Positions 14,961-21,476 of a stretch of 46,841 nt of DNA are shown piece after piece; the stretch's first letter is position 1, and every line of letters begins with the position of its first letter. Location of the stretch: IMG/VR virus record IMGVR_UViG_3300029867_000012. One strand, written 5' to 3'. Source of the stretch: a virus. The notes beneath the pieces were generated by a model. That model made no database searches, had not been told where the DNA came from, and saw nothing but the letters and a program-made list of their open reading frames with translations. Both the position numbers and the translations under genes were made by a program.

Positions 14961-15872
14961 ATGGCAGCTTTACCTTATATGCAGCTATATGTGGCCGATT
15001 ACATCGCTGATACGTTCCATTTAACGACGGAGGAGAACGGAGCTTACTTGCTGCTAATGATGAATTATTGGCAAACAGGCAAACCGATTCCTAGGAAGCG
15101 TTTAGCTGGCGTTGCACGCTTGTCTAACGAACGTTGGACGGACGTTGAGGAAGTGTTGAGTGAATTTTTCAATGTGACTGAAACACACTGGCAACATGAC
15201 CGAATTGACCGTGATCTTGAGTTCGTTTTAAGCAAATCTATTAGTTCTTCAAAAGGTGGAAAAGCGTCAGCAGCGGCCAGAAAGCGTAAAAAAGAACAGG
15301 AATCCAACGAAAAACCAACGAACGTTAAACAGACGTTGGGCGAACGTTTAGCTAGTGTTGCAACGGAAAAGGAACGAGACTCTAACCATAAAGATAAAGA
15401 TAAAGATAAAGATAAAGATAAAGATAAAGATAAAGATAAAGATAAAGATAAAGATACAAAAGCATTGTCGAGCAAGCCCGACATACCGGTTTCTGATGAT
15501 GTTCAGGAAATATTTAATCATTGGGTTTACAGAATGGGCAAAACCGATCAAACAAAACTCACTAAAAAACGAAAATCTAAAATCATTGACAGACTCAAAG
15601 ATGGCTACACGGTTGATTATATTAAATCGGCTATCGATGGTTGCGCTAAATCGCCGCATCATATGGGCCAAAATGACCAGGGAACGGTGTATGACGATAT
15701 TGAGCTAATTTGCCGAGAGAGCACGAAAATGGAAAATTTCGCGGACAACATAGCAAAAATAACCCCAGCGGATCCCAGACAACCGGAAACCATTGCCCAG
15801 TTTCAGCAACGATCAATGCGGGCAGCCCAGGACGTTATTGACTCAGGATTTTTAGACGACCTACCGGATTAA
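14961..15872 (+). CDS. Replication initiator-type protein: DUF1376 (YdaU-like) N-domain, (Lys-Asp)11 linker, phage conserved C-terminal domain
   Basis: 'LPYMQLYVADYIADTFHLTTEENGAYLLLMMNYW' matches the DUF1376 signature. 'FNHWVYRMGK...RLKDGYTVDYIKSAIDG' resembles the Phg_2220_C-type domain. Confidence 0.7.
   Translation: MAALPYMQLYVADYIADTFHLTTEENGAYLLLMMNYWQTGKPIPRKRLAGVARLSNERWTDVEEVLSEFFNVTETHWQHDRIDRDLEFVLSKSISSSKGGKASAAARKRKKEQESNEKPTNVKQTLGERLASVATEKERDSNHKDKDKDKDKDKDKDKDKDKDKDTKALSSKPDIPVSDDVQEIFNHWVYRMGKTDQTKLTKKRKSKIIDRLKDGYTVDYIKSAIDGCAKSPHHMGQNDQGTVYDDIELICRESTKMENFADNIAKITPADPRQPETIAQFQQRSMRAAQDVIDSGFLDDLPD
15390..15455. repeat. (AAAGAT)11 perfect hexanucleotide microsatellite, in frame (KD x11)
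   Basis: Counted directly as 11 uninterrupted copies. Confidence 0.95.
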
Positions 15873-15875
15873 ATT

Positions 15876-16520
15876 ATGAATAAAAATGATTTCCAGCAAT
15901 TCAGCGCAGTCTGGGCGGCAACATGCGAGGTCGTGGGCAAAGTGCCAAGCTCCGCCGCTATTGGAATGGTGTTTAGATCTCTAATGAGTTACGAGCTCGA
16001 TGATGTTCGCAGAGCGCTAGATGCGCACATGAGAAACCCTGACGGCGGACAGTTTGCGCCAAAACCGGCTGATGTGATTCGCTACATCGACGGCGATACA
16101 GCTAGCAGAGCTTTGCAGGCGTGGTCTAAAGTCGTGGCCGAGATATCTAGTACGGGATCCTATCAAACGGTTGTTTTTGATGAGCCGCAAATAATGGCCG
16201 TGATCGAGGGGATGGGTGGCTGGATAACAATCTGTGAAGTGACCGAAAAGGAATTGCCGTTTATTCGGAATGAGTTTGTGACCCGGTACAAGGGTTTTTT
16301 AAACTCAAAACTTGAGCGCTGGCCGAAAAAATTAATCGGCATCACTGAGGCCCACAATCATCAGCACGTCAACGCTAAAATTCCAGAACCAATCCTACTG
16401 GGTGACCACAAGAAAGCGCTAGCGGTGTTCCAGGGTGGCGGTGACAAGCCCCGGCTATCAACTCCGCTAAGTCAGGCCCTAGCGAAAATCGATACAAAAT
16501 TGATAGGCGGCAAAACGTGA
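15876..16520 (+). CDS. Hypothetical protein of replication module
   Basis: 214 aa. Lies 4 nt after the initiator gene and has an ATGA-type overlap with the next gene. Confidence 0.7.
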   Translation: MNKNDFQQFSAVWAATCEVVGKVPSSAAIGMVFRSLMSYELDDVRRALDAHMRNPDGGQFAPKPADVIRYIDGDTASRALQAWSKVVAEISSTGSYQTVVFDEPQIMAVIEGMGGWITICEVTEKELPFIRNEFVTRYKGFLNSKLERWPKKLIGITEAHNHQHVNAKIPEPILLGDHKKALAVFQGGGDKPRLSTPLSQALAKIDTKLIGGKT

Positions 16521-16990
16521 AAGATTTTCATTTGAGTATTGATAATTTACCAGCGTTAATTAATTCGCTACAGGACGAGCTGAAAGAATCGCCGAATCTA
16601 ATCATCAATTCGAGCGATGCTAGCAACACTGGAAAATGGGGCATGGCAAGACTTTGGCGGTCCTGGATGAGCACCACAGCCGATTTTATGGCAAAAAACG
16701 GGGCGACAATGCCGCTGATGATCGACGTGGCCGGAAACAACTACGGAAAGCGAGAATTTAACAGCGATGACGCACACGCCTTATTTGCTTCACACTGGCT
16801 TGGAACGGATAACCAAGGGGTAAGGTTAAGTTGGAGCAGAAAAGGCCGCGACGGGATGCGTGCAGCGTCCAAAGGTGAAAGATTCGACGCTCTTCGGCGT
16901 CATGAGGCATGGGCGATAGAAAAAGGCATCATTTTGATAAATCCGAGAGATTCAGAGTATTTCAAAATAGCAGAGGAGCAAGGTTATTGA
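16517..16990 (+). CDS. NinB/Orf-like recombination mediator (tentative)
   Basis: 157 aa. The layout and motifs 'ARLWRSWMSTTADFM' and 'ERFDALRRHEAWAIEKGI' resemble lambda NinB as recalled from memory. Confidence 0.4.
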   Translation: MKDFHLSIDNLPALINSLQDELKESPNLIINSSDASNTGKWGMARLWRSWMSTTADFMAKNGATMPLMIDVAGNNYGKREFNSDDAHALFASHWLGTDNQGVRLSWSRKGRDGMRAASKGERFDALRRHEAWAIEKGIILINPRDSEYFKIAEEQGY

Positions 16991-17025
16991 GGATTGAGGG
17001 ACCTTATCCGCAAGAACTGATAAAT

Positions 17026-17226
17026 ATGGACCCATACCCCAAGTTTTATTACTGCAAATTGGGTGTGAGTGATCGTGATTGGATACTGTCTAGAATAGCA
17101 GTAATTCCGAAAGATAAAAAACAGGAGGTTTCAAACCATTATACAAAACTATTTTTAAGTAAAAAGTCTTCGGCGAGAAAAGATGCTAACACTTATTTAA
17201 ATAACGAAGCTAAAAAATATAGGTAA
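17026..17226 (+). CDS. Hypothetical protein
   Basis: First ATG in the ORF. An alternative TTG at 16987 overlaps the upstream stop (TTGA). Confidence 0.55.
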   Translation: MDPYPKFYYCKLGVSDRDWILSRIAVIPKDKKQEVSNHYTKLFLSKKSSARKDANTYLNNEAKKYR

Positions 17227-17487
17227 ATGAAAATGAACACCGCAAAGATATATCATGACAGCGAAGGCAATGATTGCACTATTTTCCAAGCCGTTAAGCG
17301 CGAGCCTGAATGGGCAGCTACACGCATTCAAGTCGGGGAAAAAGCGCTAGAAAATGTAGCGAGGCTTGAAGGAATGTTAATAAAAAAGCTGGATTTAATA
17401 AAGTGCGGAATAAGCGCTAATTATTCCGGTGATCCATGCAAAAGCCAACTTTATACAGAAGCAACTGATCTATTAAAAGAAATATAA
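17227..17487 (+). CDS. Hypothetical protein ('EPEWAATRIQ' small phage protein)
   Basis: 86 aa. Ends at TAA 17485-87, in frame with the nuclease ORF that follows. Confidence 0.65.
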   Translation: MKMNTAKIYHDSEGNDCTIFQAVKREPEWAATRIQVGEKALENVARLEGMLIKKLDLIKCGISANYSGDPCKSQLYTEATDLLKEI

Positions 17488-17499
17488 CTAGAGATATTA

Positions 17500-17793
17500 A
17501 TTATCAGTAAATACCGAAGGGCTGCAAGAGTAGACGCAAACCAATCAGACATTATTGATGCGCTCAGGGCGATTCCTGGCGTGTCAGTAGAGCCTGGGCA
17601 TGATGATATTTTAGTGGGCTATAAAGGAAATACTTTTTGGTTTGAAATTAAAGAGCCGTCTACTGTAAGCCCTGTAACTGGAGAGGTAAGGCCTAGCGAA
17701 ATAAAGCCCAGTCAAAAAAAACTCAAGGCGGAATGGGATGGCCACTATCAAATTGTTTGGGATATTGATCAAATTATTCAGGCGATAATGTGA
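17500..17793 (+). CDS. PD-(D/E)XK nuclease (VRR-NUC / resolvase-like), start codon unresolved
   Basis: 'RVDANQSDIIDALRAIPG...DDILVGYKGNTFWFEIK' has the D...E-x-K core. The frame is open from 17488 but the first canonical start is GTG 17581, after the conserved N-terminus. ATT 17500 is given as a provisional start. Confidence 0.45.
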   Translation: MISKYRRAARVDANQSDIIDALRAIPGVSVEPGHDDILVGYKGNTFWFEIKEPSTVSPVTGEVRPSEIKPSQKKLKAEWDGHYQIVWDIDQIIQAIM

Positions 17794-18089
17794 AGGGCAG
17801 GGCGCCCACAGCGGAAGAAAAGGAATGGATGGGCGCAATATGCGATTTAGGCTGTATCGTGTGCTTGTTGGAGCTTGATACATGGACAGAGTGTTGCCCG
17901 CATCACATGGACGGAAAAACAAAACTAGGGGCGCACCTAAAAACAATCGGCCTATGCGGTAGGCATCATCAAATAACCGGGCCGGGTTATAAATCGCGCC
18001 ATGGCGATGGCAAATATCAATTCGAGGAGAGACACGGCACGGAGGAATATCTTTTAAATAAAACCAAAGCGCTACTAAACAATGCTTGA
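17790..18089 (+). CDS. Ref-family (P1 Ref-like) HNH recombination-enhancement nuclease
   Basis: 'GRAPTAEEKEWMGAICDLGCIVC...CPHHMDGKT...GLCGRHHQ...SRHG...FEERHGTEEYLL' matches the Ref-family pattern as I recall it. Confidence 0.7.
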   Translation: MKGRAPTAEEKEWMGAICDLGCIVCLLELDTWTECCPHHMDGKTKLGAHLKTIGLCGRHHQITGPGYKSRHGDGKYQFEERHGTEEYLLNKTKALLNNA

Positions 18090-18114
18090 CATTATGACGC
18101 TAGTGTCATATATT
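18086..18114 (+). promoter_or_regulatory. Near-consensus sigma70 promoter TTGACA-17-TATATT with palindrome in spacer
   Basis: Read directly. The spacer contains TATGAC-gctagt-GTCATA. The -35 box overlaps the stop of the Ref-like gene. Confidence 0.6.
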
Positions 18115-18170
18115 TATATTTCAAGTTATACAAAATAACATTTAACATTTAACAATTAAAGGACAAAACA

Positions 18171-18464
18171 ATGAAGCTCGCAGACGCACTATTAAGACGT
18201 AAAGAATTACAGGAAAAGGTAAATCAGGTTCGAGCTGTAAAGGATAAAGATTTGTTTGAAATGAGATTTGAGCGAAAACAGATCAATGAAAATATTGATG
18301 ACATTGCAGCACAGGTGCCTAAATGTAGCCTTAACCAGGTAACGGCAGAATATGACTATTACGCTAACAAATTGAGATTAATCGATGGTGCTATCCAGCA
18401 GTTGAACTGGACCACAGACATATCAGTCAATCCTAAGGTTTGGGTAGATTTCGCGGACAAGTAA
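18171..18464 (+). CDS. Helical protein, short DIP1984-family-like (tentative)
   Basis: 97 aa. 'MKLADALLRRKELQEKVNQVR' and 'IDGAIQQLNWTTDI' resemble the two ends of DIP1984-family proteins. AAAGGA SD upstream. Confidence 0.35.
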   Translation: MKLADALLRRKELQEKVNQVRAVKDKDLFEMRFERKQINENIDDIAAQVPKCSLNQVTAEYDYYANKLRLIDGAIQQLNWTTDISVNPKVWVDFADK

Positions 18465-18606
18465 AAAGTTTTAGGTGTTCAAGGCGACTCGAAAAGGCTT
18501 GCTCCGTGCCTAAAACGGTCAGATGTTGCGCGACATCGTTGCCCTCGCTGAGAGGTTAAATCAGCATCCAGATGCTAATTGGAGTCATGAGCATGACGTT
18601 AAAATA

Positions 18607-18711
18607 CTCGACTAACTCCGAATACTGTAACAATTAACGCGTAATCATCCGAATATTAGAACCTCCGAATTTATAAGCCCGACTGTTATAAATCCGACTA
18701 ACCAACCGAGT
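18607..18711 (+). repeat. Array of 6-7 same-orientation CCGAMT-core direct repeats (iteron-like)
   Basis: CTCGACT 18607, TCCGAAT 18617, 18648 and 18664, CCCGACT 18678, TCCGACT 18693, ACCGAGT 18705. Confidence 0.6.
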
Positions 18712-18828
18712 GATTGAGCACCACCTATTTTATAGAGCTAATTAAAGACCATAAATGTCTATTTATTGAGATACCGATAGATATTTCAGAAAGAATTATG
18801 ATTAACAATTAACAATTAAGGAAAAAAA

Positions 18829-19140
18829 ATGGATATTAACGAACTAACATTAGGTCAAATAAAAGAAATTCAAAATATGGCGTATCAGATTCCTGAAGAT
18901 CACAAGGCGCATCTCGAATATCGTCAATATATTGGCGAACGCCCAACTATTTACGCGATGAACTATATTTATACGGGTGATTGTGTAGCGATTGTAGGTG
19001 ATTCTATTGTTTTTGAAAACGCAATGATTGTGTATAACACCGGTGACCACAAAACAGTTGATTGGTCCGATGCGGAGCAGATGCCCGGAAAATGGAGCGT
19101 GGCAATGCAATCAATTGAAAGCCACGGTATTTTCAAGTAA
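18829..19140 (+). CDS. Hypothetical protein
   Basis: 103 aa. AAGGA SD is preceded by AACAATT AACAATT. Confidence 0.7.
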   Translation: MDINELTLGQIKEIQNMAYQIPEDHKAHLEYRQYIGERPTIYAMNYIYTGDCVAIVGDSIVFENAMIVYNTGDHKTVDWSDAEQMPGKWSVAMQSIESHGIFK

Positions 19141-19164
19141 ACGAAGACTAAAGGGGGTCCAGCT

Positions 19165-19386
19165 GTGATGAAACGTAGCAAATTGGCACGGTCTTGGTCT
19201 AGGTCTAGTTCTGGGTCTTGGTCTTGGTCCAGATCTGGGTCTAGGTCTTGGTCCAGATCTGGGTCTAGGTCTTGGTCCAGGTCTGGGTCTGGGTCCAGAT
19301 CTGGGTCTTGGTCTCGGTCCAGGTCTGGGTCTGGGTCCAGGTCTGGGTCTGGGTCCAGGTCTGGGAGCGGTAAAGATGATGCGTAG
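19165..19386 (+). CDS. X-Ser dipeptide-repeat protein 1 (coding strand uncertain)
   Basis: AAGGGGG lies 7 nt before the GTG-ATG. A basic leader is followed by about 29 alternating (W/R/G/S)-Ser units. Co-oriented with flanking genes. Confidence 0.45.
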   Translation: MMKRSKLARSWSRSSSGSWSWSRSGSRSWSRSGSRSWSRSGSGSRSGSWSRSRSGSGSRSGSGSRSGSGKDDA

Positions 19387-19573
19387 GAATAAATTAAAAA
19401 GGTCCGGTTCTAGTTCTGGTTCTAGAACTAGGCAAAGGTCTAGTTCTGGGTCTAGTTCTGGGTCTTGGTCTTGGTCTTGGTCTTGGTCCAGATCTGGGTC
19501 AAGATCTGGGCCAAGTTCTAGAACTAGAAACAAGTCCAGATCTGGGTCCAGGTTTGTGTCTGGTAGCGGGTCT
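19190..19573. repeat. Two blocks of imperfect GGTCTN hexanucleotide repeats (19190-19365, 19401-19573)
   Basis: Read directly. Higher-order 18- and 24-nt units are present, and several frames on both strands are open through the blocks. Confidence 0.95.
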
Positions 19574-19591
19574 AATAATGCGTGGGAATAA
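19376..19591 (+). CDS. X-Ser dipeptide-repeat protein 2 (coding strand uncertain)
   Basis: GGGAG lies 8 nt before the ATG. The leader MMRRNKLKR is homologous to that of ORF1, and the start overlaps the ORF1 stop. Confidence 0.45.
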   Translation: MMRRNKLKRSGSSSGSRTRQRSSSGSSSGSWSWSWSWSRSGSRSGPSSRTRNKSRSGSRFVSGSGSNNAWE

Positions 19592-19594
19592 CAA

Positions 19595-19771
19595 ATGAAC
19601 TTAATGTGTAAGATTTTCGGCCACAAAAATAAATTGCTTTTTGACATGCCTACCGCATGCGTGAGGTGTGGTCAAGAGAGACCGGCAGTAAAACTAAAAC
19701 ACATTCCCCCGATGCCAAAAGTTAAGCAGCTTAAAAATGGCGATCGATGTGGTAAAATAAGATTCGATTAA
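19595..19771 (+). CDS. Small Cys-containing protein, 58 aa (below cutoff)
   Basis: The N-terminal MNLMCKIFGHK motif is reminiscent of DUF1660-type small prophage proteins, and CVRC is present. The SD is weak. Confidence 0.4.
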   Translation: MNLMCKIFGHKNKLLFDMPTACVRCGQERPAVKLKHIPPMPKVKQLKNGDRCGKIRFD

Positions 19772-19787
19772 TCATCAACGCTGACTA

Positions 19788-20129
19788 GTGGACAAATACA
19801 GACAACACTGTCACAATAAACAAATGACTATCGAATATAAAAAATTAACAGTTAGGCGCCGTGAAATACTCGGCTTAGCTTGCGAGTTAACAAAAGAGCG
19901 GCATTACAACACTATTAAGAGAAGCGACTTGGCCGAGCTTGGCAAAACATCCACTGGAAATGTTAGCAGAATAATGGGCGGCATGGATGAATTTAAAAAC
20001 CATCTTATTCAGTATGCTGTTAAACACGATCACCACAGCGTTATAGCTCAAGCCATTTCAGAAAATCACCCGTTAATTCAGGGTTTTTCTAATTCGAAAA
20101 AAAAGCGGCATTTAGTAGCCGCTATTTGA
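19788..20129 (+). CDS. Small HTH regulator (TetR-like N-terminal helix-turn-helix), tentative
   Basis: 'RREILGLACELTKERHYNTIKRSDLAELGKTSTGNVSRIMGG' fits the TetR-type HTH spacing. Start is GTG 19788 or ATG 19824. Confidence 0.4.
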   Translation: MDKYRQHCHNKQMTIEYKKLTVRRREILGLACELTKERHYNTIKRSDLAELGKTSTGNVSRIMGGMDEFKNHLIQYAVKHDHHSVIAQAISENHPLIQGFSNSKKKRHLVAAI

Positions 20130-20135
20130 TTATTT
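20097..20135. terminator. Bidirectional intrinsic terminator at convergence of + and - blocks
   Basis: An A8 run is followed by AGCGGC-atttagta-GCCGCT and then T-rich sequence. On the - strand the hairpin is followed by U7-8. Confidence 0.65.
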
Positions 20136-20142
20136 ACCTCTC

Positions 20143-20373
20143 TCATTTATTTTTAATAGTTATTGTTGATATTGAGTTAATTAAGATGGGTCTAATCTCC
20201 TCCTCAATTGCCCATCTTTCGCGGCAAAGACCGCCGTTTATAACTCCGCATGTTATAATATATAAGTCTTCAGATTCCTGGAAAATATAGGTAAATGTGT
20301 GTTTGTAATAGTATGAAAAGCACATCGTTTTGCCAGCGTGCTCTTCTAAAAATTCTTTTATATCGATATTCAC
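20143..20373 (-). CDS. Hypothetical protein
   Basis: 76 aa. Overlaps the upstream gene by 4 nt. Confidence 0.65.
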   Translation of the reverse strand: MNIDIKEFLEEHAGKTMCFSYYYKHTFTYIFQESEDLYIITCGVINGGLCRERWAIEEEIRPILINSISTITIKNK

Positions 20374-20555
20374 TTTAAGACCCCTATTTCTTTTATCACC
20401 GCTTCTTTGTGTTCTGGGCAGTATTGTGATGACCCATTATTTAAGTACAGCCAGCCAGCCGTTATCAATGCCCCCTGAACCCAGTATTTTAAATCAGCCT
20501 CTAGCTCTTCTGAACATCCGGCAGCATCGCAACTTATAATAGTTTTTATAGTCAT
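20370..20555 (-). CDS. Hypothetical small Cys/His protein
   Basis: 61 aa, 'CDAAGC...CPEH'. Confidence 0.6.
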   Translation of the reverse strand: MTIKTIISCDAAGCSEELEADLKYWVQGALITAGWLYLNNGSSQYCPEHKEAVIKEIGVLK

Positions 20556-20574
20556 AATTTATTCCTTCCGGTTT

Positions 20575-20763
20575 TTATAAAATCCCTTCTAGGACGCTCT
20601 CAGCGCCTTCGTATCGTCTGCAAAACTTGGGGTTATGATAAGTTCCGCTTTCCTGGCGTAAGAAGCCATCAGGGATATGAGAGAATTTATTTGTCGATAT
20701 ATACTCAACTCTGAACACTCTATTATTTATTATTACTAAATCACCTAATTTGAAATAATCCAC
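20575..20763 (-). CDS. Hypothetical protein
   Basis: 62 aa, co-oriented with its neighbours. Confidence 0.55.
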   Translation of the reverse strand: MDYFKLGDLVIINNRVFRVEYISTNKFSHIPDGFLRQESGTYHNPKFCRRYEGAESVLEGIL

Positions 20764-20782
20764 AGTAAAGCACTCTAAAAAA

Positions 20783-20953
20783 TCACAGTATTTTAACGTT
20801 AGGAGTTTTTAATAACTCAGCCACCCGCTTGAACTCCTCAGGATTGGACTTATGGATCCAGTGTTTGCGTGGGACCAGCCCAGCCGCACGCTTTTTGGCG
20901 TCGGCCTTAGCGGATCGTTTAGCGTCTGCGGCTCTTTTTTCGTGTATTAACAT
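20783..20953 (-). CDS. Small basic protein, 56 aa (below cutoff)
   Basis: AAAGGAAA SD lies 4 nt before the ATG. It replaces implausible + strand ORFs in a 330-bp gap. Confidence 0.55.
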   Translation of the reverse strand: MLIHEKRAADAKRSAKADAKKRAAGLVPRKHWIHKSNPEEFKRVAELLKTPNVKIL

Positions 20954-20994
20954 AGGTTTCCTTTTTCGATTGAGCGCCCAAACAGTGGGGCATT

Positions 20995-21011
20995 GCGGGG
21001 ATCACCCCCGC
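20995..21011 (-). other. GC-rich hairpin GCGGGG-N5-CCCCGC between two - genes
   Basis: Read directly. There is no U-tract, so this is a possible RNA stabiliser or weak terminator. Confidence 0.4.
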
Positions 21012-21095
21012 ACGTTAATTAGCTAAATTGACGCTTGTGTAGAACGATTGATTTTTCCGCGTATCTCACTAAAATGGCGGCACGTTCGCGCAGTT

Positions 21096-21476
21096 TCATC
21101 GCCACGCCCTACCGCCAAACGCTCTAACGTACAGGTAAGACCGCCACGCCCGCCACTTGCTCATACCGTCCTCTATGCAGATTTCTCTAAGCATTTTGTC
21201 CGCCACTTTGCGGTATTTTTTAGCAATTGCTCCGCGCTCAAGAAGATCATATAAGGCATCATGCACAAGTGATCCGCGCATAAAATTATCGGTGTCAATG
21301 CCACCCGTGGCCCCATCCCATTCGTAACCTACCGGGATTGACAGCACCCCAAGCCTATGGAGTCGCAAGCCGGTGGATGTTAACAACACATCGTTCTGAG
21401 GGAAAATATCAATCGGTATAGAGTAAGGTTCTATTAACTGATATTCACCATCGGCTGTCTTATATTTAATTTCCAT
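21096..21476 (-). CDS. DUF1353-domain protein
   Basis: 'PVGYEWDGATGGIDTDNFMRGSLVHDALY' matches the DUF1353 signature. Start is at 21476 (alternative 21494). Confidence 0.6.
   Translation of the reverse strand: MEIKYKTADGEYQLIEPYSIPIDIFPQNDVLLTSTGLRLHRLGVLSIPVGYEWDGATGGIDTDNFMRGSLVHDALYDLLERGAIAKKYRKVADKMLREICIEDGMSKWRAWRSYLYVRAFGGRAWR

Noticed and set aside
15065-15708. ORFs 15065-15484(-), 15348-15671(-) and 15355-15708(+) with SLSLSL, IFIFIF and KIKIKI repeats
   Set aside because: These are alternative-frame readings of the (AAAGAT)11 tract inside the well-supported DUF1376 initiator gene.
16909-17025. N-terminal extension of the 17026-17226 gene as given in the ORF track
   Set aside because: It would overlap the NinB-like gene by 82 nt. 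The internal ATG at 17026 or the TTG at 16987 (TTGA coupling) is more plausible.
18465-18600. tRNA or tmRNA-like gene in the structured non-coding segment
   Set aside because: I could not draw a cloverleaf. There is no T-loop GTTCGAATC-type sequence and no acceptor or anticodon arm arrangement. Several of the 'hairpins' have 2-nt loops and are better read as DNA palindromes.
19190-19573. Possible CRISPR array or other spacer-containing repeat locus
   Set aside because: The period is 6 nt with no unique spacers, and no cas genes exist anywhere in the circle. It is a micro/minisatellite-type array.
19111-19647. The 178-aa antisense ORF as the primary annotation of the repeat region
   Set aside because: Not fully rejected (see finding), but not annotated as a feature. 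It has no SD and overlaps both flanking + strand genes. It reads the two repeat blocks in different phases, and the Pro-Arg frame is interrupted by stops in block 2.
20829-21254. + strand ORFs 20829-21026 and 21048-21254
   Set aside because: They have no SD, are antisense to the block orientation, and the second overlaps the DUF1353 gene. A - strand 56-aa ORF with a strong SD explains the gap better.
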